Assembly: GCA_964016885.1 (NCBI GenBank)
Contig: OZ024745.1
Location: 11,222,001 to 11,286,000 of the forward strand
DNA: 64,000 nucleotides
Origin: Eledone cirrhosa
Taxonomy: Eukaryota
Direction: 5' to 3'
Shown here one piece after another: positions 15,701 to 30,500 of this stretch (the stretch's first letter is position 1; each line of letters starts with the position of its first letter). The notes below the pieces were generated by a model. It worked only from the letters and a program-made list of their open reading frames with translations. It had not been told where the DNA came from and made no database searches. A program made the position numbers and the translations under genes.

Positions 15701-18700
15701 TGATAGTAACTAAATATATGGTAGTAACTAAACATATGGTAGTAACAAAACATATGGTAGGAACTAAACATATGGTAGTAACTAAACATATGACAGTAAC
15801 TAAACATATGATAGTAACTAAATATATGTTAGTAACTAAACATATGACAGTAACTAAACATATGGTAGTAACTAAACATATGACAGTAACTAAACATTTG
15901 GTAGTAACTATACATATGACAGTAACTAAACATATGGTAGTAACTAAACATATGGTAGTAACTAAACATATGGTAGTAACTAAACATATGGTAGTAACTA
16001 AACATATGATAGTAACAAAACATATGACAGTAACTAAACATATGGTAGTAACTAAACATATGGTAGTAACTAAACATATGGTAGTAACTAAACATATGGT
16101 AGTAACTAAACATATGGTAGTAACTAAACATATGACAGTAACTAAACATATGGTAGTAACTAAACATTTGGTAGTAACTAAACATATGGTAGTAACTAAA
16201 CATTTGGTAGTAACTAAACATATGATAGTAACTAAACATATGATAGTAACTAAACATATGGTAGTAACTAAACATATGGTAGTAATTATACATGATAGTA
16301 ACTAAACATATGGTAGTAACTAAACATATGATAGTAACTAAACATATGGTAGTAACTAAACATATGACAGTAACTAAACATATGGTAGTAACTAAACATA
16401 TGGTAGTAACTAAACATATGATAGTAACTAAACATATGATAGTAACTAAACATATGATAGCAACTAAACATATGGTAGTAACTAAACATATGGTAGTAAC
16501 TAAACATATGATAGTAACTAAACATATGATAGCAACTAAACATATGGTAGTAACTAAACATATGGTAGTAACTAAACATATGGCAGTAACTAAACATATG
16601 ATAGCAACTAAACATATGATAGTAACTAAACATATGACAGTAACTAAACATATGGTAGTAACTAAACATTGACAGTAACTAAACATATGATAGTAACTAA
16701 ACATATGTTCGTAACTAAGCATATGATAGCAACTAAACATATGAGAGTAACTAAACATATGGTAGTAACTAAACATATTATAGTAACTAAACATATTGCA
16801 GTAATTAAACATATGATAGTAACCAAACATATGGTAGTAACTAAATATATGGTAGTAACTAAACATATGACAGTAACTAAACATATGATAGTAACTAAAC
16901 ATATGGCAGTAATTAAACATATGATAGCATCTAAACATATGATAGTAACTAAACATATGATAGTAACTAAACATATGATAGTAACTAAACATATGACAGT
17001 AACTAAACATATGTTAGTAACTAAACATATGGTAGTAACTAAACATATGGTAGTAACTAAACATATGTTAGTAACTAAACATATGATAGTAACTAAACAT
17101 ATAGTAGTAACTAAACATATGATAGTAACTAAACATATGGTAGTAACTAAACATATGATAGTAACTAAACATAGGATAGTAACTAAACATATGATAGTAA
17201 CTAAACATGATAGTAACTAAACATATGGTAGTAACTAAACATATGGTAGTAACTAAACATATGGTAGTAACTAAACATATGGTAGTAAGTAAACATATGA
17301 TAGTAACTAAACATATGATAGTAACTAACCATATGGTAGTAACTAAACATATGGTAGTAACTAAACATATGGTAGTAACTAAACATATGGTAGTAACTAA
17401 ACATATGACTGTAACTAAACATATGGTAGTAACTAAACATATGGTAGTAACTAAACATATGGTAGTAACTAAACATATGATAGTAACTAAACATATGGTA
17501 GTAAGTAAACATATGATAGTAACTAAACATATGGTAGTAACTAAACATATGGTAGTAACTAAACATATGCTAGTAACTAAACATATGACAGTAACTAAAC
17601 ATATCATAGTAACTAAACATAGGATAGTAACTAAACATATGGTAGTAACTAAACATGATAGTAACTAAACATATGGTAGCAACTAAACATATGGTGGTAA
17701 CTAAACATATGGTAGTAACTAAACATATGATAGTAAATAAACATAGGATAGTAATTAAACATGATATTAACTAAACATATGGTAGTAACTAAATATGATA
17801 GTAACTAAACATATGGTAGTAACTAAACATATGACAGTAACTAAACAATTGGTAGTAACTAAACATATGGTAGTAACTAAACATATGGTAGTAACTAAAC
17901 ATATGGTAGTAACTAAACATATGGTAGTAACTAAACATATGACAGTAACTAAACATATGATAGTAACTAAACATATGGGAGAAACTAAATATATGACAGT
18001 AACTAAACATATGACAGTAACTAAACACATGGTAGTAACAAAACATATGGTAGGAACTAAACATATGGTAGTAACTAAACATATGATAGTAACTAAACAT
18101 ATGATAGTAACTAAACATATGATAGTAACTAAACATATGACAGTAACTAAACACATGGTAGTAACTAAACATATGGTAGTAACTAAACATATGGTAGTAA
18201 CTAAACATATGATAGTAACTAAACATATGATAGTAACTTAACATATGGTAGTAACTAAACATATGGTAGTAACTAAACATGATAGCAACTAAACATATGA
18301 TAGTAACTAAACATATGATAGTAACTAAACATATGGTAGTAACTAAACATATGGTAGTAACTAAACATGATAATAACTAAACATATGGTAGTAACTAAAC
18401 ATGATAGTAACTAAACATATGATAGTAACTAAACATATGGTAGTAACTAAACATATGGTAGTAACTAAACATATGGAGGTATCTAAACATATGGTAGTAA
18501 CTAAACATATGGTAGTAACTAAACATATGGTAGTAACTAAACATGATAGTAACTAAACATATGGTAATAACTAAACATATGGTAGTAAATAAACATATGA
18601 TAGTAACTAAACATATGGTAGTAACTAAACATATGGTAGTATCTAAACATATGGTAGTAACTAAACATATGGTAGTAACTAAACATATGGTAGTAACTAA

Positions 18701-18950
18701 ACATATGATAGTAACTAAACATATGGTACTAACTAAACATATGATAGTAACTAAACATATGGTAGTAACTAAACATATGGTAATAACTAAACATATGGTA
18801 GTAACTAAACATATGATAGTAACTAAACATATGGTAGTAACTAAACATATGACAGTAACTAAATATATTGTAGTAACTAAACATATGGTAGTAAGTAAAA
18901 ATATGATAGTAACTAAACATATGATAGTAACTAAATATATGGTAGTAACT
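12500..18950 (+). repeat. Near-identical tandem duplication, period 3221 bp; preceded by a related copy at offset 4095-4113 (from about 9000)
   Basis: Offset 3221 for 13071/16292, 13448/16669, 13986/17207, 14574/17795 and 15322/18543. Offset 4095 for 9353/13448, 9891/13986 and 10479/14574. Confidence 0.95.
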
Positions 18951-19061
18951 AAACATATGGTAGTAACAAAACATATGGTAGGAACTAAACATATGGTAGT
19001 AACTAAACATATGACAGTAACTAAACATATGATAGTAACTAAATATATGGTAGTAACTAAA

Positions 19062-22000
19062 CATATGACAGTAACTAAACATATGGTAGTAACTAAACAT
19101 ATGACAGTAACTAAACATTTGGTAGTAACTATACATATGACAGTAACTAAACATATGGTAGTAACTAAACATATGGTAGTAACTAAACATATGGTAGTAA
19201 CTAAACATGATAGCAACTAAACATATGATAGTAACTAAACATGATAGTAACTAAACATATGATAGTAACTAAACATATGGTAGTAACTAAACATATGGTA
19301 GTAACTAAACATATGGAAGTATCTAAACATATGGTAGTAACTAAACATATGGTAGTAACTAAACATATGGTAGTAACTAAACATGATAATAACTAAACAT
19401 ATGGTAGTAACTAAACATGATAGTAACTAAATATATGGTAGTAACTAAACATATGGTAGTAAATAAACATATGATAGTAACTAAACATATGGTAGTAACT
19501 AAACATATGGTAGTAACTAAACATATGGTAGTATCTAAACATATGGTAGTAACTAAACATATGGTAGTAACTAAACATATGGTAGTAACTAAACATATGA
19601 TAGTAACTAAACATATTGTAGTAACTAAACATATGATAGTAACTAAACATATGGTAGTAACTAAACATATGGTAATAACTAAACATATGGTAGTAACTAA
19701 ACATATGATAGTAACTAAACATATGGTAGTAACTAAACATATGACAGTAACTAAATATATGGTAGTAACTAAACATATGGTAGTAAGTAAAAATATGATA
19801 GTAACTAAACATATGATAGTAACTAAATATATGGTAGTAACTAAACATATGGTAGTAACAAAACATATGGTAGGAACTAAACATATGGTAGTAACTAAAC
19901 ATATGACAGTAACTAAACATATGATAGTAACTAAATATATGTTAGTAACTAAACATATGACAGTAACTAAACATATGGTAGTAACTAAACATATGACAGT
20001 AACTAAACATTTGGTAGTAACTATACATATGACAGTAACTAAACATATGGTAGTAACTAAACATATGGTAGTAACTAAACATATGGTAGTAACTAAACAT
20101 ATGGTAGTAACTAAACATATGATAGTAACAAAACATATGACAGTAACGAAACATATGGTAGTAACTAAACATATGGTAGTAACTAAACATATGGTAGTAA
20201 CTAAACATATGGTAGTAACTAAACATATGGTAGTAACTAAACATATGACAGTAACTAAACATATGGTAGTAACTAAATATTTGGTAGTAACTAAACATAT
20301 GGTAGTAACTAAACATTTGGTAGTAACTAAACATATGATAGCAACTAAACATATGGTAGTAACTAAACATATGACAGTAACTAAACATATGGTAGTAACT
20401 AAACATTTGGTAGTAACTAAACATATGGTAGTAACTAAACATTTGGTAGTAACTAAACATATGATAGCAACTAAACATATGATAGTAACTAAACATATGA
20501 CAGTAACTAAACATATGATAGTAACTAAACTTATGATAGTAACTAAACATATGGTAGTAACTAAACATATGGTAGTAACTAAACATATGACAGTAACTAA
20601 ACATATGGTAGTAACTAAACATATGGTAGTAACTAAACATATGACAGTAACTAAACATATGGTAGTAACTAAACATATGGTAGTAATTAAACATTTGGTA
20701 GTAACTAAACATATGATAGCAACTAAACATATGATAGTAACTAAACATATGACAGTAACTAAACATATGGTAGTAACTAAACATTGACAGTAACTAAACA
20801 TATGATAGTAACTAAACATATGTTCGTAACTAAGCATATGATAGCAACTAAACATATGAGAGTAACTAAACATATGGTAGTAACTAAACATATGATAGTA
20901 ACTAAACATATGGCAGTAATTAAACATATGATAGTAACTAAACATATGATAGTAACTAAACATATGGCAGTAATTAAACATATGATAGTAACTAAACATA
21001 TGATAGCATCTAAACATATGATAGTAACTAAACATATGATTGTAACTAAACATATGATAGTAACTAAACATATGACAGTAACTAAACATATGGTAGTAAC
21101 TAAACATATGACAGTAACTAAACATTTGGTAGTAACTATACATATGACAGTAACTAAACATATGGTAGTAACTAAACATATGGTAGTAACTAAACATATG
21201 GTAGTAACTAAACATGATAGCAACTAAACATATGATAGTAACTAAACATGATAGTAACTAAACATATGATAGTAACTAAACATATGGTAGTAACTAAACA
21301 TATGGTAGTAACTAAACATATGGAAGTATCTAAACATATGGTAGTAACTAAACATATGGTAGTAACTAAACATATGGTAGTAACTAAACATGATAATAAC
21401 TAAACATATGGTAGTAACTAAACATGATAGTAACTAAACATATGGTAGTAACTAAACATATGGTAGTAAATAAACATATGATAGTAACTAAACATATGGT
21501 AGTAACTAAACATATGGTAGTAACTAAACATATGGTAGTATCTAAACATATGGTAGTAACTAAACATATGGTAGTAACTAAACATATGGTAGTAACTAAA
21601 CATATGATAGTAACTAAACATATGGTAGTAACTAAACATATGATAGTAACTAAACATATGGTAGTAACTAAACATATGGTAATAACTAAACATATGGTAG
21701 TAACTAAACATATGATAGTAACTAAACATATGGTAGTAACTAAACATATGACAGTAACTAAATATATGGTAGTAACTAAACATATGGTAGTAAGTAAAAA
21801 TATGATAGTAACTAAACATATGATAGTAACTAAATATATGGTAGTAACTAAACATATGGTAGTAACAAAACATATGGTAGGAACTAAACATATGGTAGTA
21901 ACTAAACATATGACAGTAACTAAACATATGATAGTAACTAAATATATGTTAGTAACTAAACATATGACAGTAACTAAACATATGGTAGTAACTAAACATA

Positions 22001-23100
22001 TGACAGTAACTAAACATTTGGTAGTAACTATACATATGACAGTAACTAAACATATGGTAGTAACTAAACATATGGTAGTAACTAAACATATGGTAGTAAC
22101 TAAACATATGGTAGTAACTAAACATATGATAGTAACAAAACATATGACAGTAACGAAACATATGGTAGTAACTAAACATATGGTAGTAACTAAACATATG
22201 GTAGTAACTAAACATATGGTAGTAACTAAACATATGGTAGTAACTAAACATATGACAGTAACTAAACATATGGTAGTAACTAAACATTTGGTAGTAACTA
22301 AACATATGGTAGTAACTAAACATTTGGTAGTAACTAAACATATGATAGCAACTAAACATATGGTAGTAACTAAACATATGACAGTAACTAAACATATGGT
22401 AGTAACTAAACATTTGGTAGTAACTAAACATATGGTAGTAACTAAACATTTGGTAGTAACTAAACATATGATAGCAACTAAACATATGATAGTAACTAAA
22501 CATATGACAGTAACTAAACATATGATAGTAACTAAACTTATGATAGTAACTAAACATATGGTAGTAACTAAACATATGGTAGTAACTAAACATATGACAG
22601 TAACTAAACATATGGTAGTAACTAAACATATGGTAGTAACTAAACATATGACAGTAACTAAACATATGGTAGTAACTAAACATATGGTAGTAATTAAACA
22701 TTTGGTAGTAACTAAACATATGATAGCAACTAAACATATGATAGTAACTAAACATATGACAGTAACTAAACATATGGTAGTAACTAAACATTGACAGTAA
22801 CTAAACATATGATAGTAACTAAACATATGTTCGTAACTAAGCATATGATAGCAACTAAACATATGAGAGTAACTAAACATATGGTAGTAACTAAACATAT
22901 GATAGTAACTAAACATATGGCAGTAATTAAACATATGATAGTAACTAAACATATGATAGTAACTAAACATATGGCAGTAATTAAACATATGATAGTAACT
23001 AAACATATGATAGCATCTAAACATATGATAGTAACTAAACATATGATTGTAACTAAACATATGATAGTAACTAAACATATGACAGTAACTAAACATATGG
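19062..23100 (+). repeat. Near-identical tandem duplication, period 2007 bp
   Basis: Offset 2007 for ORF starts 19417/21424 and 20784/22791, and for shared markers AACGAAA (C at 20147/22154) and GATTGT (21038/23045). Confidence 0.95.
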
Positions 23101-24519
23101 TAGTAACTCAACATATGATAGTAACTAAACATATGGTAGTAACTAAACATATGGTAGTAACTAAACATATGATAGTAACCTAACATATGGTAGTAACTAA
23201 ACATATGATAGTAACTAAACATATGGTAGTAACTAAACATATGATAGTAACTAAACATAGGATAGTAACTAAACATATGATAGTAACTAAACATGATAGT
23301 AACTAAACATATGGTAGTAACTAAACATATGATAGTAACTAAACATATGGTAGTAACTAAACATATTATAGTAACTAAACATATGATAGTAACTAAACAT
23401 ATGGTAGTAACAAAACATATGATAGTAACTAAACATATGGTAGTAACTAAACATATGATAGTAACTAAACATATGGTAGTAACTAAACATATGATAGTAA
23501 CTAAACATATGGTAGTAACTAAACATATGATAGTAACTAAACATATGGTAGTAACTAAACATATGACAGTAACTAAATATATGGTAGTAACTAAACATAT
23601 GATAGTAACTAAATATATGGTAGTAACTAAACATATGACAGTAACTAAATATATGGTAGTAACTAAACATATGACAGTAACTAAACATATGGTAGTAACT
23701 AAACATATGACAGTAACTAAACATTTGGTAGTAACTATACATATGACAGTAACTAAACATATGGTAGTAACTAAACATATGGTAGTAACTAAACATATGG
23801 TAGTAACTAAACATATGGTAGTAACTAAACATATGATAGTAACAAAACATATGGTAGGAACTAAACATATGGTAGTAACTAATCATATGATAGTAACTAA
23901 ACATATGATAGTAACTAAACATATGATAGTAACTAAACATATGACAGTAACTAAACACATGGTAGTAACTAAACATATGGTAGTAACTAAACATATGGTA
24001 GTAACTAAACATATGATAGTAACTAAACATATTATAGTAACTTAACATATGGTAGTAACTAAACATATGGTAGTAACTAAACATGATAGCAACTAAACAT
24101 ATGATAGTAACTAAACATATGATAGTAACTAAACATATGGTGGTAACTAAACATATGGTAGTAACTAAACATGATAATAACTAAACATATGGTAGTAACT
24201 AAACATGATAGTAACTAAACATATGATAGTAACTAAACATATGGTAGTAACTAAACATATGGTAGTAACTAAACATATGGTAGTAACTAAACATATGGTA
24301 GTAACTAAACATATGGAAGTATCTAAACATATGGTAGTAACTAAACATATGGTAGTAACTAAACATATGGTAGTAACTAAACATGATAATAACTAAACAT
24401 ATGGTAGTAACTAAACATGATAGTAACTAAACATATGGTAGTAACTAAACATATGGTAGTAAATAAACATATGATAGTAACTAAACATATGGTAGTAACT
24501 AAACATATGGTAGTAACTA

Positions 24520-27500
24520 AACATATGGTAGTATCTAAACATATGGTAGTAACTAAACATATGGTAGTAACTAAACATATGGTAGTAACTAAACATATGA
24601 TAGTAACTAAACATATGGTAGTAACTAAACATATGATAGTAACTAAACATATGGTAGTAACTAAACATATGGTAATAACTAAACATATGGTAGTAACTAA
24701 ACATATGATAGTAACTAAACATATGGTAGTAACTAAACATATGACAGTAACTAAATATATGGTAGTAACTAAACATATGGTAGTAAGTAAAAATATGATA
24801 GTAACTAAACATATGATAGTAACTAAATATATGGTAGTAACTAAACATATGGTAGTAACAAAACATATGGTAGGAACTAAACATATGGTAGTAACTAAAC
24901 ATATGACAGTAACTAAACATATGATAGTAACTAAATATATGGTAGTAACTAAACATATGACAGTAACTAAACATATGGTAGTAACTAAACATATGACAGT
25001 AACTAAACATTTGGTAGTAACTATACATATGACAGTAACTAAACATATGGTAGTAACTAAACATATGGTAGTAACTAAACATATGGTAGTAACTAAACAT
25101 ATGGTAGTAACTAAACATATGATAGTAACAAAACATATGACAGTAACTAAACATATGGTAGTAACTAAACATATGGTAGTAACTAAACATATGGTAGTAA
25201 CTAAACATATGGTAGTAACTAAACATATGGTAGTAACTAAACATATGGTAGTAACTAAACATATGATAGTAACTAAACATATGATAGTAACTAAACATAT
25301 GATAGTAACTAAACATATGACAGTAACTAAACACATGGTAGTAACTAAACATATGGTAGTAACTAAACATATGGTAGTAACTAAACATATGATAGTAACT
25401 AAACATATGGTAGTAACTAAACATATGGTAGTAACTAAACATGATAGCAACTAAACATATGATAGTAACTAAACATATGATAGTAACTAAACATATGGTA
25501 GTAACTAAACATATGGTAGTAACTAAACATATGATAGTAACTAAACATATGATAGTAACTTAACATATGGTAGTATCTAAACATATGGTAGTAACTAAAC
25601 ATATGGTAGTAACTAAACATATGGTAGTAACTAAACATATGATAGTAACTAAACATATGGTAGTAACTAAACATATGATAGTAACTAAACATATGGTAGT
25701 AACTAAACATATGGTAATAACTAAACATATGGTAGTAACTAAACATATGATAGTAACTAAACATATGGTAGTAACTAAACATATGACAGTAACTAAATAT
25801 ATGGTAGTAACTAAACATATGGTAGTAAGTAAAAATATGATAGTAACTAAACATATGATAGTAACTAAATATATGGTAGTAACTAAACATATGTTAGTAA
25901 CAAAACATATGGTAGGAACTAAACATATGGTAGTAACTAAACATATGACAGTAACTAAACATATGATAGTAACTAAATATATGGTAGTAACTAAACATAT
26001 GATAGTAACTAAACATATGGTAGTAACTAAACATATGACAGTAACTAAACATTTGGTAGTAACTATACATATGACAGTAACTAAACATATGGTAGTAACT
26101 AAACATATGGTAGTAACTAAACATATGGTAGTAACTAAACATATGGTAGTAACTAAACATATGATAGTAACAAAACATATGACAGTAACTAAACATATGG
26201 TAGTAACTAAACATATGGTAGTAACTAAACATATGGTAGTAACTAAACATATGGTAGTAACTAAACATATGGTAGTAACTAAACCTATGGTAGTAACTAA
26301 ACATATGATAGTAACTAAACATATGATAGTAACTAAACATATGATAGTAACTAAACATATGACAGTAACTAAACACATGGTAGTAACTAAACATATGGTA
26401 GTAACTAAACATATGGTAGTAACTAAACATATGATAGTAACTAAACATATGATAGTAACTTAACATATGGTAGTAACTAAACATATGGTAGTAACTAAAC
26501 ATGATAGCAACTAAACATATGATAGTAACTAAACATATGATAGTAACTAAACATATGGTATTAACTAAACATATGGTAGTAACTAAACATGATAATAACT
26601 AAACATATGGTAGTAACTAAACATATGGTAGTAACTAAACATATGGTAGTAACTAAACATATGATAGCAACTAAACATATGACAGTAACTAAACATATGG
26701 TAGTAACTAAACATATGATAGTAACTAAACATATGGTAGTAACTAAACATATGGTAGTAACTAAACATATGATAGCAACTAAACATATGACAGTAACTAA
26801 ACATATGGTATTAACTAAACATATGATAGTAACTAAACATATGGTAGTAACTAAACATATGATAGTAACTAAACATATGATAGCAACTAAACATATGACA
26901 GTAACTAAACATATGGTAGGAACTAAACATATGGTAGTAACTAAACATATGGTAGTAACTAAACATATGGTAGTAACTAAACATATGATAGTAGCTAAAC
27001 ACATGACAGTAACTAAACATATGGTAGTAAGTAAACATATGGTAGTAACTAAACATATGATAGTAACTAAAGATATGGTAGTAACTAAACTTATGATATT
27101 AACTAAACATATGGTAGTAACTAAACATAATGTAGTAACCAAACATATGGTAGTAACTAAACATATGATAGCAACTAAACATATGGTAGTAACTAAACAT
27201 ATGATAGCAACTAAACATATGATAGTAACTAAACATATGTTAGTAACTAAACATATGACAGTAACTAAACATATGACAGTAACTAAAAATATGGTAGTAA
27301 CTAAACATTTGGTAGTAACTAAACATATGGTAGTAACTAAACATATGGTAGTAATTAAACATATGATAGCAACTAAACATATGACAGTAACTAAACATAT
27401 GGTAGTAACTAAACATATGATAGTAACTAAACATATGGTAGTAACTAAACATATGATAGTAACTAAACATTTGGTAGTAACTAAACATATGATAGCCACT

Positions 27501-30500
27501 AAACATATGATAGCAACTAAACGTATGGTAGTAACTAAACATATGGTAGTAACTAAACATATGATAGCAACTAAACGTATGGTAGTAACTAAACATATGG
27601 TAGTAACTAAACATATGATAGTAACAAAACACATGGTAGTAACTAAACATATGATAGTAACTAAACATATGGTAGTTACTAAACCTGACAGTAACTAAAC
27701 ATATGATAGTAACTAAACATATGATAGTAACTAAACATATGATAGTAACTAAACATATGGTAGTAACTAAACATATGATAGTAACTAAACATATGGTAGT
27801 AACTAAACATATGGTAGTAACTAAACATATGATAGTAGCTAAACATATGATAGTAACTAAACATATGGTAGTAACTAAACCTTACAGTAACTAAACATAT
27901 GATAGTAACTAAACATATGGTAGTAACTAAACATATGGTAGTAGCTAAACATATGATAGTAACTAAACATATGATAGTAACTAAACATATGGTAGTAACT
28001 AAAGATATGGTAGTAACTAAACATATGATAGTAACTAAACATATGATAGTAACTAAACATATGATAGTAACTAAAAATATGGTAGTAACTAAACATGACA
28101 GTAACTAAACATATGATAGTAACTAAACATATGATAGTAACTAAATATATGGTAGTAACTAAACATATGATAGTAACTAAACATATGGTAGTAACTAAAC
28201 ATATGGTAGTAACTAAACATATGGTAGTAACTAAACATATGGTAGTAACTAAACATATGATAGTAACAAAACATATGACAGTAACTAAACATATGGTAGT
28301 AACTAAACATATGGTAGTAACTAAACATATGGTAGTAACTAAACATATGGTAGTAACTAAACATATGGTAGTAACTAAACATATGGTAGTAACTAAACAT
28401 ATGATAGTAACTAAACATATGATAGTAACTAAACATATGATAGTAACTAAACATATGACAGTAACTAAACACATGGTAGTAACTAAACATATGGTAGTAA
28501 CTAAACATATGGTAGTAACTAAACATATGATAGTAACTAAACATATGATAGTAACTTAACATATGGTAGTAACTAAACATATGGTAGTAACTAAACATGA
28601 TAGCAACTAAACATATGATAGTAACTAAACATATGATAGTAACTAAACATATGGTAGTAACTAAACATATGGTAGTAACTAAACATGATAATAACTAAAC
28701 ATATGGTAGTAACTAAACATATGGTAGTAACTAAACATATGGTAGTAACTAAACATATGATAGCAACTAAACATATGGCAGTAACTAAACATATGGTAGT
28801 AACTAAACATATGATAGTAACTAAACATATGGTAGTAACTAAACATATGGTAGTAACTAAACATATGCTAGCAACTAAACATATGACAGTAACTAAACAT
28901 ATGGTAGTAACTAAACATATGATAGTAACTAAACATATGGTAGTAACTAAACATATGATAGTAACTAAACATATGATAGCAACTAAACATATGACAGTAA
29001 CTAAACATATGGTAGGAACTAAACATATGGTAGTAACTAAACATATGATAGTAACTAAACATATGGTAGTAACTAAACATATGGTAGTAACTAAACATAT
29101 GATAGTAGCTAAACATATGATAGTAACTAAACATATGGTAGTAACTAAACATTACAGTAACTAAACATATGATAGTAACTAAACATATGGTAGTAACTAA
29201 ACATATGGTAGTAGCTAAACATATGATAGTAACTAAACATATGATAGTAACTAAACATATGGTAGTAACTAAAGATATGGTAGTAACTAAACATATGATA
29301 GTAACTAAACATATGATAGTAACTAAACATATGATAGTAACTAAAAATATGGTAGTAACTAAACATGACAGTAACTAAACATATGATAGTAACTAAACAT
29401 ATGATAGTAACTAAATATATGGTAGTAACTAAACATATGATAGTAACTAAACATATGGTAGTAACTAAACATATGGTAGTACCTAAACATATGATAGCAA
29501 CTAAACATATTATAGCAACTAAACATATGACAGTAACTAAACATATGGCAGTAACTAAACATATGGTAGTATCTAAACATATGGTAGTAACTAAACATAT
29601 GAAAGCAACTAAACATATGATAGCAACTAAACATATGATAGTAACTAAACATATGATAGTAACTAAAGATATGGTAGTAACTAAACATATGATAGTAACT
29701 AAACATATGATAGTAACTAAACATATGATAGTAACTAAACATATGATAGTAACTAAAAATATGGTAGTAACTAAACATGACAGTAACTAAACATATGATA
29801 GTAACTAAACACATGATAGTAACTAAACATATGGTAGTAACTAAACATATGATAGTAACTAAACATATGGTAGTAACTAAACATATGGTAGTAACTAAAC
29901 ATATGGTAGTAACTAAACATATGATAGCAACTAAACATAAGATAGCAACTAAACATATGATAGTAACTAAACATGATAGTAACTAAACATATGGTAGTAA
30001 CTAAACATATGATAGTAACTAAACATATGATAGTAACTAAACATATGATAGTAACTAAACATATGATAGTAACTAAACATATGGTAGTAACTAAACCTGA
30101 CAGTAACTAAACATATGATAGTAACTAAACATATGATAGTAACTAAACATATGACAGTAACTAAACATATGGTAGTAACTAAACATATGATAGTAACTAA
30201 ACATAAGACAGTAACTATACATATGATAGTAATTAAACATATGATAGTAACTAAACATATGACAGTAACTAAACATATGGTAGTAACTAAACATATGATA
30301 GCAACTAAACATATGGTAGTAAATAAACATATGGTAGTAACTAAACATATGGTAGTAACTAAACATATGGTAGTAACTAAACATATGGTAGTAACTAAAC
30401 ATATGGTAGTATCTAAACATATGGTAGTAACTAAACATATGGTAGTAACTAAACATATGGTAGTAACTAAACATATGATAGTAACTAAACATATGGTAGT

